Source of the DNA: Clostridia bacterium
GTDB taxonomy: Bacteria > Bacillota > Clostridia > Christensenellales > CAG-138
DNA: 64,000 nucleotides
Assembly (NCBI GenBank): GCA_036651815.1
Contig: JAVVXB010000009.1
Location: forward strand, 22,117-86,116
Reading direction: 5' to 3'
Shown here: one piece after another, positions 37,822-47,818 of the stretch
How positions within the stretch are numbered: the stretch's first letter is position 1
Layout of the letters: each line of letters starts with the position of its first letter
Made by a program: the position numbers and the translations under genes
The notes under the pieces: generated by a model
Told to the model about the DNA's origin: nothing
Seen by the model: only the letters and a program-made list of their open reading frames with translations
Databases searched by the model: none

Positions 37822-38712
37822 CTATTTTATTGTCACCCAATATTTTTCAATCATCCGAATGGGACGATACGCAAGCTTGGAATAACGCAGCCCTTCCTCG
37901 CCGGAATCATCCTCGCGATTGATAAATTTTGTGTTTGGTTCAGCAGCAAACGCGGCAAACTGAGATACGATCGCCTGATAGGCCCCCGCATAATCCACCC
38001 GGGCCTTCTCCACATGTACATACAGCGTATCTGCGACGATCTCCCCCACCGCCAGCGCAACAATAATCCCTCCGGCCTCGATATAGCCGGCTTTTTGTCC
38101 CAGCGTCAGCGCATCGGCCAGCAACTCCTTGCTGCGGATCATCTCCTCGGCTTCGATGTTTTTATCCACCGGAACATGCTGTGCGTAATCATTCAAAAAC
38201 GCTTGAGCCAGCGGCAGTGTTTCCGCCGTGACCGGCACAAAGCGGCTGTCTTCATTATCCTTCAAAAAGCGGTTGAGGTGATTGCGTTGCGTGTGGTAGC
38301 GTTTCCCCGGGAAATTGATAAGATCTTCCATCTGATAGAGATAATCGGCCCAGTCACGGCGGCTGGAAATCTCACAGTCATTCCCATAGCGGGCGCGCAG
38401 CACCGTCAAGCTCTCCTCTGGAACGGCGGAAAATATGAGCCGCCGGCCGCTTTCCGCAGCGTCTTGTTCGATGGTGGACAACGCGTCAGCCAGATTTCCG
38501 AAGCCAACTGGGTAAATATAATACGAGCCTTCGCCAGGGTATTCTGCCCGCATGACAAGCATGTCTGAAACAATGGCGAATACAGAGCGAAAATAAGCGC
38601 GCCACTCGAAGATGGCGCCGATGGTATAGTCACATGTTCGATAAGGTTGTCCCAAAATATACGGGCAGAGCTGATGGATGTTATCCAGTGTAATCGGTGA
38701 AAACGATATCAT
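37822..38712 (-). CDS. DUF2156 / aminoacyl-phosphatidylglycerol synthase C-terminal-like protein
   Basis: 'DYLY...GKRYHTQRNHLNRF', 'VHVEKA...GAYQ', 'INREDDSGEEGLRYSKLAYRP'. Confidence 0.85.
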   Translation of the reverse strand: MISFSPITLDNIHQLCPYILGQPYRTCDYTIGAIFEWRAYFRSVFAIVSDMLVMRAEYPGEGSYYIYPVGFGNLADALSTIEQDAAESGRRLIFSAVPEESLTVLRARYGNDCEISSRRDWADYLYQMEDLINFPGKRYHTQRNHLNRFLKDNEDSRFVPVTAETLPLAQAFLNDYAQHVPVDKNIEAEEMIRSKELLADALTLGQKAGYIEAGGIIVALAVGEIVADTLYVHVEKARVDYAGAYQAIVSQFAAFAAEPNTKFINREDDSGEEGLRYSKLAYRPIRMIEKYWVTIK

Positions 38713-38787
38713 AAACTCCTCTATTCATACCATGAGTTAATTGCGCAGGCACAGTATATCACGTTTTTTCGCGCCTCGCAATGTCGG

Positions 38788-39807
38788 TCAGCGAGGTAAG
38801 CAGACACGGTATGCCGTTGGCAACGCCATTCGTTCCTCAAGCATTATCCAGCCCTCCGGCCAATGGGATAAGTCCGTCTCAACCTCTGCTGCGCAAACGC
38901 GCATGTGCCACTCAATATGCGTAAAAATATGCTTGCGCGCATAGATCAGCAGATCGCCTGTGGGACGAACGCCCCATATGGAAAGCTGACCGGCAATTGC
39001 CTCGTCGCTGAGGATGCCGTCAACCTCCGGCAGCTGCCATAACCCCGCCAGCAGCCCGGTTTCAGCACGTTTGCTGCCAATATATTGGCCCTGTGCAGAA
39101 AGGGCAAATACGGTCTTTTCCACCATACGTCGCGCTTTTTTACTGCTTTTGACTGGCAACTGCCCCACCGTGCCCATCAAGTACGCGCCGCAGCATGCCT
39201 GCACAGGACACGTCTCGCAGTGAGGTGCCCCGTTTGGTACGCAAATCATCGCTCCCAGTTCCATGAGTGCAGAATTGAATGTGCCTGCATCGTCCGGCAA
39301 TATCGGAAGCAGCGCACTACGTACGGCCTGCTTTGTTTTCGGGTTTGCAATGTCCCGAGAATCGTTCAACAGCCGTGCCATAACGCGCAAGACATTGCCA
39401 TCCACGGCAGGCACGCGCACCCCGCCCGCAATGGAAGCAACCGCGCCGGCTGTATATTCGCCAATACCCGGCAAAGTCATCAATTCTTCATAACGCAACG
39501 GAAGTTGACCATCAAAACGCATCATCACGTCGCTCGCGGCTCGTTTCAAATTTCGCGCGCGACTATAATAGCCTAATCCTTCCCAGAGTTTCTGCAGACG
39601 CTCATCATCCACGCGTGAAAGCGCCGCAACATTGGGAAGTTCCTCCAAAAATCGTATATAATAAGGAATGACCGTGCTAACGCGGGTCTGCTGCAGCATG
39701 ATTTCGCTGATCCAGACGGCATATCCCTGCTTGTTTCTACGCCAAGGCAGGTCGCGCGCTTGCGCCCGGTACCAATGGATCAATGGTTCGACAAACTCTG
39801 AATTCAT
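38788..39807 (-). CDS. mutY: A/G-specific adenine glycosylase
   Basis: RDLPWR, SEIMLQQT, GLGYYSRARNL, HhH LPGIGEYTA, VDGNV, Fe-S motif C-X7-C-X2-C-X5-C, C-terminal NUDIX-like domain. Confidence 0.95.
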   Translation of the reverse strand: MNSEFVEPLIHWYRAQARDLPWRRNKQGYAVWISEIMLQQTRVSTVIPYYIRFLEELPNVAALSRVDDERLQKLWEGLGYYSRARNLKRAASDVMMRFDGQLPLRYEELMTLPGIGEYTAGAVASIAGGVRVPAVDGNVLRVMARLLNDSRDIANPKTKQAVRSALLPILPDDAGTFNSALMELGAMICVPNGAPHCETCPVQACCGAYLMGTVGQLPVKSSKKARRMVEKTVFALSAQGQYIGSKRAETGLLAGLWQLPEVDGILSDEAIAGQLSIWGVRPTGDLLIYARKHIFTHIEWHMRVCAAEVETDLSHWPEGWIMLEERMALPTAYRVCLPR

Positions 39808-39869
39808 ATGTACAGTATAACACATTACTGGTATAATACAGTCTCGGAGAATAGAAAGGATCAAGTACA

Positions 39870-40439
39870 ATGGATTTTCAGGAGATTACAAACAGCGCGC
39901 GCCGCGCAGCGGAAATATTGGTCGAATCCGGGCATCCGAAAATCGGCGAAATTTTCGTCGTTGGCTGCTCCACCAGTGAAGTGATGGGCAAGCGAATCGG
40001 TTCCGCCAGCAACGAAGACGCCGCCGCCGCCATTATGGACGGCATTCTACCCATTATCATGGAAGCAGGGTTGCATCTTGCCGTGCAGGGGTGCGAACAT
40101 ATCAACCGTGCCCTATGCGTGCCTCGCGTCTGCATGGAACGTTACGATTTGCAGGAAGTCTGGGTACGGCCATGGCTGCATGCGGGCGGCGCCTTCGCAA
40201 CAGAAGCGTACAAGCGCATTATGGATGCCGTTATGGTGGAGGATCTTCGTGGTCGCGCGTCCTTGGGCATTGATATCGGCGGTACGCTCATTGGCATGCA
40301 TTTGCATCCCGTCGTCGTGCCCGTTCATACGGATCTACGCAACATTGGCAGCGCCACGGTGGTGCTTGCCCGTTGTAGGCCCAAATATGTCGGCGGCCCT
40401 CGCGCACAGTATGACAGCTTGGACGGCAATCATCGGTGA
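39870..40439 (+). CDS. ywlG: TIGR01440 / UPF0340 (YwlG) family protein
   Basis: 'VVGCSTSEV', 'QGCEHINRAL', 'HAGGA', 'GIDIGGTLIGMH', 'RPKYVGGPRAQY'. Confidence 0.88.
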   Translation: MDFQEITNSARRAAEILVESGHPKIGEIFVVGCSTSEVMGKRIGSASNEDAAAAIMDGILPIIMEAGLHLAVQGCEHINRALCVPRVCMERYDLQEVWVRPWLHAGGAFATEAYKRIMDAVMVEDLRGRASLGIDIGGTLIGMHLHPVVVPVHTDLRNIGSATVVLARCRPKYVGGPRAQYDSLDGNHR

Positions 40440-40877
40440 CACAATCACAGGTAGCAGATTGGGGCGGCTCTCGCGCGCAGTAGGACAGTGTGAACATCCC
40501 CCATTGATCATGCCTTGATTGGCTTATGCTATCCGCAGCGAACGTCAATACCTGACGTTCGCTGTTTTATTTAGGCTCTTAACATCACTGTTCATGACGG
40601 TGTCAACGCAGGTTATGACGCTATACAGTTTTGTGGGCAATACAAACCCTTCTCCTACTGAAGTGAAACGTACATTGGTGGTCTCTTGCCGGTTTGCATG
40701 TTTTAAACAATTTTTAACGCCCAACCTTTGGCACCCCCGCCAAAACAGCGTCCTTACTGCCCGGAGGCTGGGCGATAGCAATCAAACAACAATGCCCTCA
40801 TATTGATTCGCCAAGCAATTGCGTCAACCAGCAATTCCCGCAACAATGCATCAAAGGACTCGACAAGGGTTTTGCCC

Positions 40878-40943
40878 CTGCGAATCCTTTTTGTCTGCTT
40901 ATGCTGCAGGCTGCGAACCTTTTTTGTTTGCTTATGCTGCGGG
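40878..40943. repeat. Two 33-bp tandem copies spanning the sortase stop codon
   Basis: CTGCGAATCCTTTTTGTCTGCTTATGCTGCAGG versus CTGCGAACCTTTTTTGTTTGCTTATGCTGCGGG. Confidence 0.75.
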
Positions 40944-41531
40944 CGAAGCGACTACCACACACCGCTCCGGCGCGGGTCCAACGAAAAGGAAGGGATAACA
41001 CGTAACCAGTGTCAACAACGTTTCCTCCGTCTCGTCATAGATATGGGGATCGTCTGGATCTGTGATATAGATGCTACGCACCGTATAGGTTACGACGCTC
41101 TCGGCCGTCTCCACCGTTAAGGCGTCCCCCTCGGTCAGATTAGCCAACTCCCGCAGACCCGAATCCCTATGACCAAACAGCACAGCATTGCCCGACGTGT
41201 TCAGTTTCGCCGTATCCTCCGCCTGCCCCACGCCTTTTTCCAGTACCTCTGCACAAGTGCCGTAAAAAACGGGCGTCGCGGTGCGTTCGTCCCCCCGAAA
41301 CACTAAAATTCCAACCGCTTGATCTTCGGAAAGATCCGGCGCCCGTTCCGAGGAGCCACCCGCCGCACCGCTGTTGCCGCGGCTTTGCGTCAGTTGTGAA
41401 CGAGTGCGCGCCGCCCCGTCCTCCAGCGTTTTATCAACGGCAATTAGCTGATAGGCCCCCGTACCCAGCACCACTAGGGACGCGCCCATTGTAAACGACA
41501 GCAATGCGCCAAGCGGATGGATTCGTCTCAC
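40932..41531 (-). CDS. Class D-type sortase
   Basis: N-terminal TM; GHRDS, catalytic TLVTCYPF and ERCVV; start overlaps the upstream stop (GTGA). Confidence 0.9.
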   Translation of the reverse strand: MRRIHPLGALLSFTMGASLVVLGTGAYQLIAVDKTLEDGAARTRSQLTQSRGNSGAAGGSSERAPDLSEDQAVGILVFRGDERTATPVFYGTCAEVLEKGVGQAEDTAKLNTSGNAVLFGHRDSGLRELANLTEGDALTVETAESVVTYTVRSIYITDPDDPHIYDETEETLLTLVTCYPFLFVGPAPERCVVVASPAA

Positions 41532-43384
41532 GGCGTGGGCTTCCCAATCAGCTTCTTGCGGAAGACCAGTAGCAGCGTGCCGGTCAGCGTTACCGCGCCA
41601 AGGCCGATCAGCAGCAGCAAGCCATAGTTCCCGGCAGTGTCAATGCGTTGGCGGTTACGGAAGGTAACAACCTCCGTCTCGCCTTCCTCCAGCTGAACTT
41701 CCACAATTTGGCACGCAGGATTGATGATATAGCCGTCAGGCGCTTCCAGTTCCTTTACATAGTAAGTGCCCGGTAGCAGCAGCTCGGAAAACTGTGGATT
41801 ATCCTTGCTCGTTTCAAACACAGCCAGTTGGTTTTCACAGTTTCCATCCGAATACAGGCCTACCTTGCAGCCATCCAGCAGTTGCTCTGTGGTGTAATCC
41901 GCCTTGGCCACGCCGATTTTGCCGCGCACCACCTGCTTGTTTACCATAGTCACCGTCACCGTCTCATGTGGATTGATGGTTACGGTCTCCTCATTATCTA
42001 CGGCCATGTGGTAACCAATGGGCGTTGCCGTTTCCACAATGACATAGGAGCCTGGCTCGATGCTGCCCTGCAGAATAATCCCGTTTTCATCAGTTATCAG
42101 CCCCGTGTACAGCCGATTGGCATCCTTCTTTTCTGTTTTATAGATATCGAAGGTTGCGCCTTGTACAGGAACGTTCTCTTCATCAACCTTGAGAATGCTG
42201 ATCTGACCATAATGGGTATTCTTAAATCGAATCACGTCCAGCGGTTCTTCATCCACATAGAAATCATAAATTTTGACATCCGGAATATAGCCGATCGGCG
42301 CTGTCTTCTCCTTAAGATACCAGGTACCCTTTGTCAGTCCTGTAAACTCCACGTATCCATTCACATCCGTGGTCTTTTCATAAACGGTTGGATCTGTAAA
42401 TTGCGAATTGTTGGCAAGCTGGAACACGGCGCCTTCAATCCCTTCAAGCGTAGTAGAATCGTACTTCTGTATTTTCATATTAAAACCATCTGGGATTTCA
42501 CAGGTGAACGGAGCACTCGCATACAGCTTCGTCTTTCCCTCAAACGCGCCCACTAGACTCTGGGAAGCCAAACGCCCACCCTGTGGATTATAGAAATACG
42601 CGCCAAATTGCACCAATTGCATGCCTTGTACATAGAATGTATAATCTGCATCCGTAGGCAATCCGCTGACACGCACGGTGGTCATGCCTGCGCTGTCCGT
42701 GCTGCTTTCCACCGTTGCGTTCAGTGTGGCCAGATCTTTTGTGAACCCATGCTCAAGTGCAACAAGCGTTCCATCAGCTTGCAGCGACTTTGTAGAATAG
42801 CGATATACAGCGCTGCAAGTTCCGTTGTTGTTGTAGACAGTGTCCGCTGTAAGTGAAATGCTGCCAACCGGCACGGCGTACTCGATCATGGGCGGCAGTG
42901 CCCGATACCAGTTGTATAGGGCCGCCACCGTGCCTTCCAGATTTGTGAATGTCTTGCCGTTGGCCGCATTCCAGATGGCCAGTTGCGCAGCGGTGATCGC
43001 TTGTCTGCTCGTAAGTGTCGCAATACCGCAGCGTGAGCGTACGGCGTCAATCGACACGAACGGATATGCATTGTGTACAATAGCGCGGATGATCTGCGCT
43101 TTGTCCGGCGTAAAGTAATCCGCATCCTCCAGATTGACCCGTTCATACCAGCCGCCATCCACAATATACGTATCCGAGTCCATACAATAGGCCAGCGATT
43201 CCTTCTGCGCATCCGTCAGCCGAAACAACGTCGTTTGCATGTTGCCGACGGCATATCCGTTCTCCCCGAGTCCAACATACCGGTGATCATAACCACCCTC
43301 CGCCAATGCCGGAACGCACAATGCCAGCAGCATCAACGTTCCCAGAACACTGGCAATCCATTTTGTCCATTTCCTCGTTTTCAA
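41528..43384 (-). CDS. Cell-wall-anchored thioester-domain (TED/TQXA) adhesin with three SpaA/CnaB-like domains
   Basis: TTG start after AGGAGG; signal peptide; AYCMD, AQLAIW, SQSLV; three K...E-x-x-[AT]P-x-GY...N domains; C-terminal TM plus RKK tail. Confidence 0.85.
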   Translation of the reverse strand: MKTRKWTKWIASVLGTLMLLALCVPALAEGGYDHRYVGLGENGYAVGNMQTTLFRLTDAQKESLAYCMDSDTYIVDGGWYERVNLEDADYFTPDKAQIIRAIVHNAYPFVSIDAVRSRCGIATLTSRQAITAAQLAIWNAANGKTFTNLEGTVAALYNWYRALPPMIEYAVPVGSISLTADTVYNNNGTCSAVYRYSTKSLQADGTLVALEHGFTKDLATLNATVESSTDSAGMTTVRVSGLPTDADYTFYVQGMQLVQFGAYFYNPQGGRLASQSLVGAFEGKTKLYASAPFTCEIPDGFNMKIQKYDSTTLEGIEGAVFQLANNSQFTDPTVYEKTTDVNGYVEFTGLTKGTWYLKEKTAPIGYIPDVKIYDFYVDEEPLDVIRFKNTHYGQISILKVDEENVPVQGATFDIYKTEKKDANRLYTGLITDENGIILQGSIEPGSYVIVETATPIGYHMAVDNEETVTINPHETVTVTMVNKQVVRGKIGVAKADYTTEQLLDGCKVGLYSDGNCENQLAVFETSKDNPQFSELLLPGTYYVKELEAPDGYIINPACQIVEVQLEEGETEVVTFRNRQRIDTAGNYGLLLLIGLGAVTLTGTLLLVFRKKLIGKPTP

Positions 43385-43740
43385 TTGTAACCCTCCTGCT
43401 CGTACGAATTGCCGCCGCTTCGATTTTTTCTCTGTTCGGTGACAATCCATCCTATGCATCAAGCAGCAGGAACAGTCGTGCCTTGTTGCCCGTTTATTAT
43501 GCATACATTTGTAAATATAAGTTGTAGGGAACACACATTACAAAAATTGCCATTATTTCCATGCATGAACTGTGTTTTAATTAGATTTCTGCGCTTTTTT
43601 ATGATTGATTGAAAAAAATACTGCAGATTATCATTGCTATTCTTGCTTTTTTCCTCTAAGATTGTTAACATAAAGTAATTCTAACGTGGGATCATATAAC
43701 TGTCCCAACAAAACAATTGGAAACGAGGGATGACAACAGC

Positions 43741-44652
43741 ATGTGGAAATATGCTCTCAAGCGTATATTGCTCGCCGTCGCCACGGTGTTTATCATCATC
43801 ACCATTACGTTCTTTGCCATGAACGCTATTCCTGGCGGCCCCTTCCAGAAGGAAAAAGCGCCCGACCCAGCCGTACAAAAGGTGCTGGAAGCGCGTTTTC
43901 ACTTGGATAAACCCGTAGGAGAACAATTTTGGATCTACCTCGGCGATATGCTGCACGGTGATTTTGGAATCTCGCTCAAGAGCGGCCGCGAAATCTCCAG
44001 CATCATCAGTGAGTCCTTTGTTGTCTCCGCAAAGCTCGGCGGGCTCGCAATCCTGTGCGCAGTTTTTTTCGGACTCATCTTGGGTTCCATCGCCGCACTG
44101 ACACGCAACAAATGGCCTGATCGAACGATTATCTTCTTTACTACGTTGTTTGTATCCGTTCCATCCTTTGTGTTAGCAACGCTGCTATTATTGATTTTTT
44201 GTCTCAATTTGGGTTGGTTCCATGTTTGGAGCGCCACCAGCAACTCCTATTTTCTCCCGGTTATTTCCCTTGCGCTGTACCCGATGGCGTACATTACGCG
44301 CTTGACCAAGTCCAGTATGCTGGACGTTCTCGGGCAGGATTACATCCGCACCGCACGCAGCAAGGGACTTAAGGAAAGCGTGGTCATTTTTAAGCACGCG
44401 CTGCGCAATGCGCTCATCCCAGTCATTACCTACGTTGGCCCCATGACCGCCTACATTCTGACCGGTTCCCTCGTGGTGGAAACGGTGTTCACCATCGGTG
44501 GACTTGGCAGCAAGTTTGTTTCCGGTATTACCAACCGCGACTACCCCATGATCATGGCGACAACCATTTTTCTCGCCACGCTCATGGTTATTATGACGTT
44601 AATTTCGGATTTGATCTACAAGGTTGTCGATCCGCAAATTAGCTTTGATTGA
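43741..44652 (+). CDS. oppB: Oligopeptide ABC permease
   Basis: 'IPGGPF', 'GDFGIS', 'DYIRTARSKGL...KHALRNAL', 'NRDYP'. Confidence 0.93.
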   Translation: MWKYALKRILLAVATVFIIITITFFAMNAIPGGPFQKEKAPDPAVQKVLEARFHLDKPVGEQFWIYLGDMLHGDFGISLKSGREISSIISESFVVSAKLGGLAILCAVFFGLILGSIAALTRNKWPDRTIIFFTTLFVSVPSFVLATLLLLIFCLNLGWFHVWSATSNSYFLPVISLALYPMAYITRLTKSSMLDVLGQDYIRTARSKGLKESVVIFKHALRNALIPVITYVGPMTAYILTGSLVVETVFTIGGLGSKFVSGITNRDYPMIMATTIFLATLMVIMTLISDLIYKVVDPQISFD

Positions 44653-44666
44653 TGGAGGTGTCATAA

Positions 44667-45752
44667 ATGGACAAGAAAAACTACAGCGCGGATATGGTTC
44701 CCAAAAAACGCCTTCTCAGTCTGCAGCTCGACCTATCCAAGTTTGAGCCAGCCTCCAATGACGAAAAAGAGCAGCATGCCCAGATGCGTGAATCCACAAC
44801 CTTTTTTAAGGACGGCATGAAAAAGCTGTTTAAAAACCCGTTGGCGGTTGGCAGCCTGATCATTTTATTGATTGTTTTGCTAACGATCATCTTTGCACCA
44901 ATGATCGTGCCTTACGGATATGACGAGATGATTACCGTCAATGGCAAGCGGGACAAGAGCGCAAAGAATCTCGCGCCCTTCTCCTATTCCAAAATGGAGC
45001 AAAAAGCCATTGATGGCGGTGCAGAGATCTATCCGCACCTATTCGGCACCGACGAGTTGTGCCGTGATTACTTTGTCCGCGTCATCTATGGTACGCGTGT
45101 GTCTCTGCTGGTTGGCCTATTTGCAAGCATCATCGTGTTGATTATCGGCCTCGTTTACGGATCGATCTCCGGCTATGCGGGGGGCAAGGTTGACCTAGTG
45201 ATGATGCGAATTGTTGACATCATCTATTCTCTGCCCGACATGCTGATGATCATTCTGCTGTCGGTCGTACTGGATTCTGTGCTGGGCGTCGCCTTGACCG
45301 GAACCGTATTTGAAAAAATCGGCACCAATATGATTTCTCTGTTTATTGTGTTTGGTCTGCTGTATTGGGTGGGTATGGCACGCTTGGTACGTGGCCAGAT
45401 TCTCTCCGTGAAAAAGAATGAATATGTGCTGGCTGCCCGCGCACTGGGCGCAAAACCCGGACGCATCATCAAAAAGCACATTTTGCCCAACTGTATGAGC
45501 GTCATCATCATTTCCACCGCGCTGCAAATTCCATCGGCCATCTTTACAGAGAGCTTTTTGAGCTTTGTTGGTCTGGGTGTGCAGGCGCCGATGCCCAGCC
45601 TTGGCTCGCTGGCCAACGCCGCACGGGGCGGATTGCAAAGCTTTCCCTACAAGCTGGTTTTCCCTTCCATCATGATCTGCCTGATCGTGCTGTCGTTCAA
45701 TTTGCTTGGCGATGGTCTTCGTGATGCGTTCGATCCGAAACTCAGGAGGTAA
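44667..45752 (+). CDS. oppC: Oligopeptide ABC permease
   Basis: 'FGTDELCRD', 'ARLVRGQ', 'EYVLAARALGA', 'ESFLSFVGLG', 'GDGLRDAFDPK'. Confidence 0.93.
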   Translation: MDKKNYSADMVPKKRLLSLQLDLSKFEPASNDEKEQHAQMRESTTFFKDGMKKLFKNPLAVGSLIILLIVLLTIIFAPMIVPYGYDEMITVNGKRDKSAKNLAPFSYSKMEQKAIDGGAEIYPHLFGTDELCRDYFVRVIYGTRVSLLVGLFASIIVLIIGLVYGSISGYAGGKVDLVMMRIVDIIYSLPDMLMIILLSVVLDSVLGVALTGTVFEKIGTNMISLFIVFGLLYWVGMARLVRGQILSVKKNEYVLAARALGAKPGRIIKKHILPNCMSVIIISTALQIPSAIFTESFLSFVGLGVQAPMPSLGSLANAARGGLQSFPYKLVFPSIMICLIVLSFNLLGDGLRDAFDPKLRR

Positions 45753-45757
45753 GTCAA

Positions 45758-46765
45758 ATGAGCGAAGCATTATTGCAGGTTAAAGACCTTCATACATCAT
45801 TTTTTACGGAATCAGGCGAAGTGAAAGCCGTCAACGGCGTCTCCTTTGACTTAGAAAAAGGAAAGGTGCTGGGAATCGTCGGCGAATCCGGCTCTGGAAA
45901 AAGTGTCACAGCTTATTCGATTCTGCGCATACTCGTCGATCCCGGCAAGGTCGTCGGTGGAGAAGTCCTGTTTAAGGGCGAGAACGTGCTGGATTTTTCC
46001 AAGCACCAGATTCGCTCCCTACGCGGAGAAAAGATCAGCATCATTTTTCAGGATCCGATGACCAGCCTGAATCCGGTTTATACCATTGGCAATCAGCTGA
46101 TGGAGGTCATCCTGCTGCACACCGACCGCAACCGTGCGCAAGCCAAAGCACGCGCCATTGAAATGCTCACACTCGTGGGTGTCAATGAGCCAGAGAAACG
46201 CGTCGCCCAGTATCCCTACGAACTGTCCGGTGGTATGCGGCAGCGCGTGATGATCGCCATGGCTTTGGCCTGCGAACCTGATATTTTGATTGCGGATGAA
46301 CCAACGACTGCGTTGGACGTGACCATTCAGGCGCAGATTCTCGAGTTGATGCAGGACCTGCAAAAGAAGCTCGGCATGGCCATTATCCTCATCACACACG
46401 ATTTAGGTGTTATCGCCGATATGTGTGACGAAATCATTGTTATGTATGCCGGACGTGTCTGCGAACGGGGAACTGCAGATGAGATTTTCTATAACCCCAA
46501 GCATGAGTACACCAAGGGTTTGCTACGCTCCATTCCGAGCATTGTTGGCAAACAGGGTCGTTTGATCCCCATTGCGGGATCACCAGTTGACCAGTTGAAC
46601 TTGCCCACGGGCTGCGCGTTTGCCTCCCGCTGTGACAAGGCCATGAAGATCTGTCTCAATCAATGCCCAGAGGAAATTCCCATCAATGCCTGTCATATGG
46701 CGTCCTGTTGGATGAACGTCAAGACTGTCTATGAAGAAAACGCAGACGGAGGTGACGCCAAATGA
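45758..46765 (+). CDS. oppD: Oligopeptide ABC ATPase
   Basis: [35 protein letters not shown]-terminal Cys cluster. Confidence 0.94.
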   Translation: MSEALLQVKDLHTSFFTESGEVKAVNGVSFDLEKGKVLGIVGESGSGKSVTAYSILRILVDPGKVVGGEVLFKGENVLDFSKHQIRSLRGEKISIIFQDPMTSLNPVYTIGNQLMEVILLHTDRNRAQAKARAIEMLTLVGVNEPEKRVAQYPYELSGGMRQRVMIAMALACEPDILIADEPTTALDVTIQAQILELMQDLQKKLGMAIILITHDLGVIADMCDEIIVMYAGRVCERGTADEIFYNPKHEYTKGLLRSIPSIVGKQGRLIPIAGSPVDQLNLPTGCAFASRCDKAMKICLNQCPEEIPINACHMASCWMNVKTVYEENADGGDAK

Positions 46766-47721
46766 GCGACACGCTGGTTGAAGTCAAGCATCTGAAACAA
46801 TATTTTCCCGTGAAAAACGGGTGGTTTTCCACCAAACCGCTCAAAGCGGTGGACGACGTTTCGTTCAGCATCAATAGCGGTGAGACTCTCGGCCTTGTTG
46901 GCGAATCCGGCTGCGGCAAGACAACCATCGGCCGTTCGTTGCTTCATCTATATAAACCCACCGCAGGTGAGGTTTGGTATGACGGCCAACTGATTACGAC
47001 GCAAAACATCCGCAACTTCCGCAAGGATATGCAAATTGTCTTCCAGGATCCCTATTCCTCGCTGAATCCGCGCATGACCGTCGGCGATATTATTGGCGAA
47101 CCACTGGATATTCATAACCTCTGCGCAACAAAAAAGGCGCGTGCCGACCGCATTGCGGAATTGCTGGAGCTCGTCGGGCTTTCCAGTGAGCACGGCCGCC
47201 GCTATGTCCACGAGTTTTCCGGCGGTCAGCGTCAGAGAATCGGCATTGCACGCGCACTGGCCGTCAACCCAAAATTCATCGTTTGCGATGAACCGGTCTC
47301 GGCACTGGACGTCTCCATTCAGGCGCAGATCATCAATACCTTTGAAGATTTGCAGAATAAGCTCCACATTACGTACCTGTTTATTGCTCACGACCTGCTG
47401 ATTGTTCACCATATGTCCAATCGAATTGCGGTCATGTATCTTGGCAAAATTGTTGAGCTTGCAAATGCGGATGACCTCAACACCCACCCAATCCATCCTT
47501 ACAGTGTATCGCTGCTCTCCGCCGTACCGATTCCTGATCCGGAACTGGCAAAAAAGCGTCAGCGCATTGTGTTGGAGGGTGATGTCCCCAGCCCGCTTAA
47601 TATGCCGAGCGGTTGTTCCTTCCGTACCCGTTGTCGGTATGCCACCGAGCAATGTGCATTGGCATGTCCACCTTTGACGGATCGGGGCGATGGGCATCAG
47701 GTTGCCTGTTGGAATAAGTAA
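46762..47721 (+). CDS. oppF: Oligopeptide ABC ATPase
   Basis: [34 protein letters not shown]. Confidence 0.94.
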   Translation: MSDTLVEVKHLKQYFPVKNGWFSTKPLKAVDDVSFSINSGETLGLVGESGCGKTTIGRSLLHLYKPTAGEVWYDGQLITTQNIRNFRKDMQIVFQDPYSSLNPRMTVGDIIGEPLDIHNLCATKKARADRIAELLELVGLSSEHGRRYVHEFSGGQRQRIGIARALAVNPKFIVCDEPVSALDVSIQAQIINTFEDLQNKLHITYLFIAHDLLIVHHMSNRIAVMYLGKIVELANADDLNTHPIHPYSVSLLSAVPIPDPELAKKRQRIVLEGDVPSPLNMPSGCSFRTRCRYATEQCALACPPLTDRGDGHQVACWNK

Positions 47722-47727
47722 GTGCCG

Positions 47728-47796
47728 TTGACAGCACCATAAAATATTGTTAAAATGATATATAATTTGCAATCCGGTCTTGTATCGGATTGCAAA
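47728..47796 (+). promoter_or_regulatory. Internal sigmaA promoter for oppA followed by a 5' stem-loop
   Basis: TTGACA-N17-TAAAAT with extended TG; hairpin TTTGCAATCCGGT / ATCGGATTGCAAA at 47766-47796. Confidence 0.75.
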
Positions 47797-47818
47797 CAAA
47801 TAATAAGGAGGAAATAAG

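Noticed and set aside
43390-43700. c-di-GMP riboswitch upstream of the adhesin
   Set aside because: No GEMM-type consensus found on either strand.
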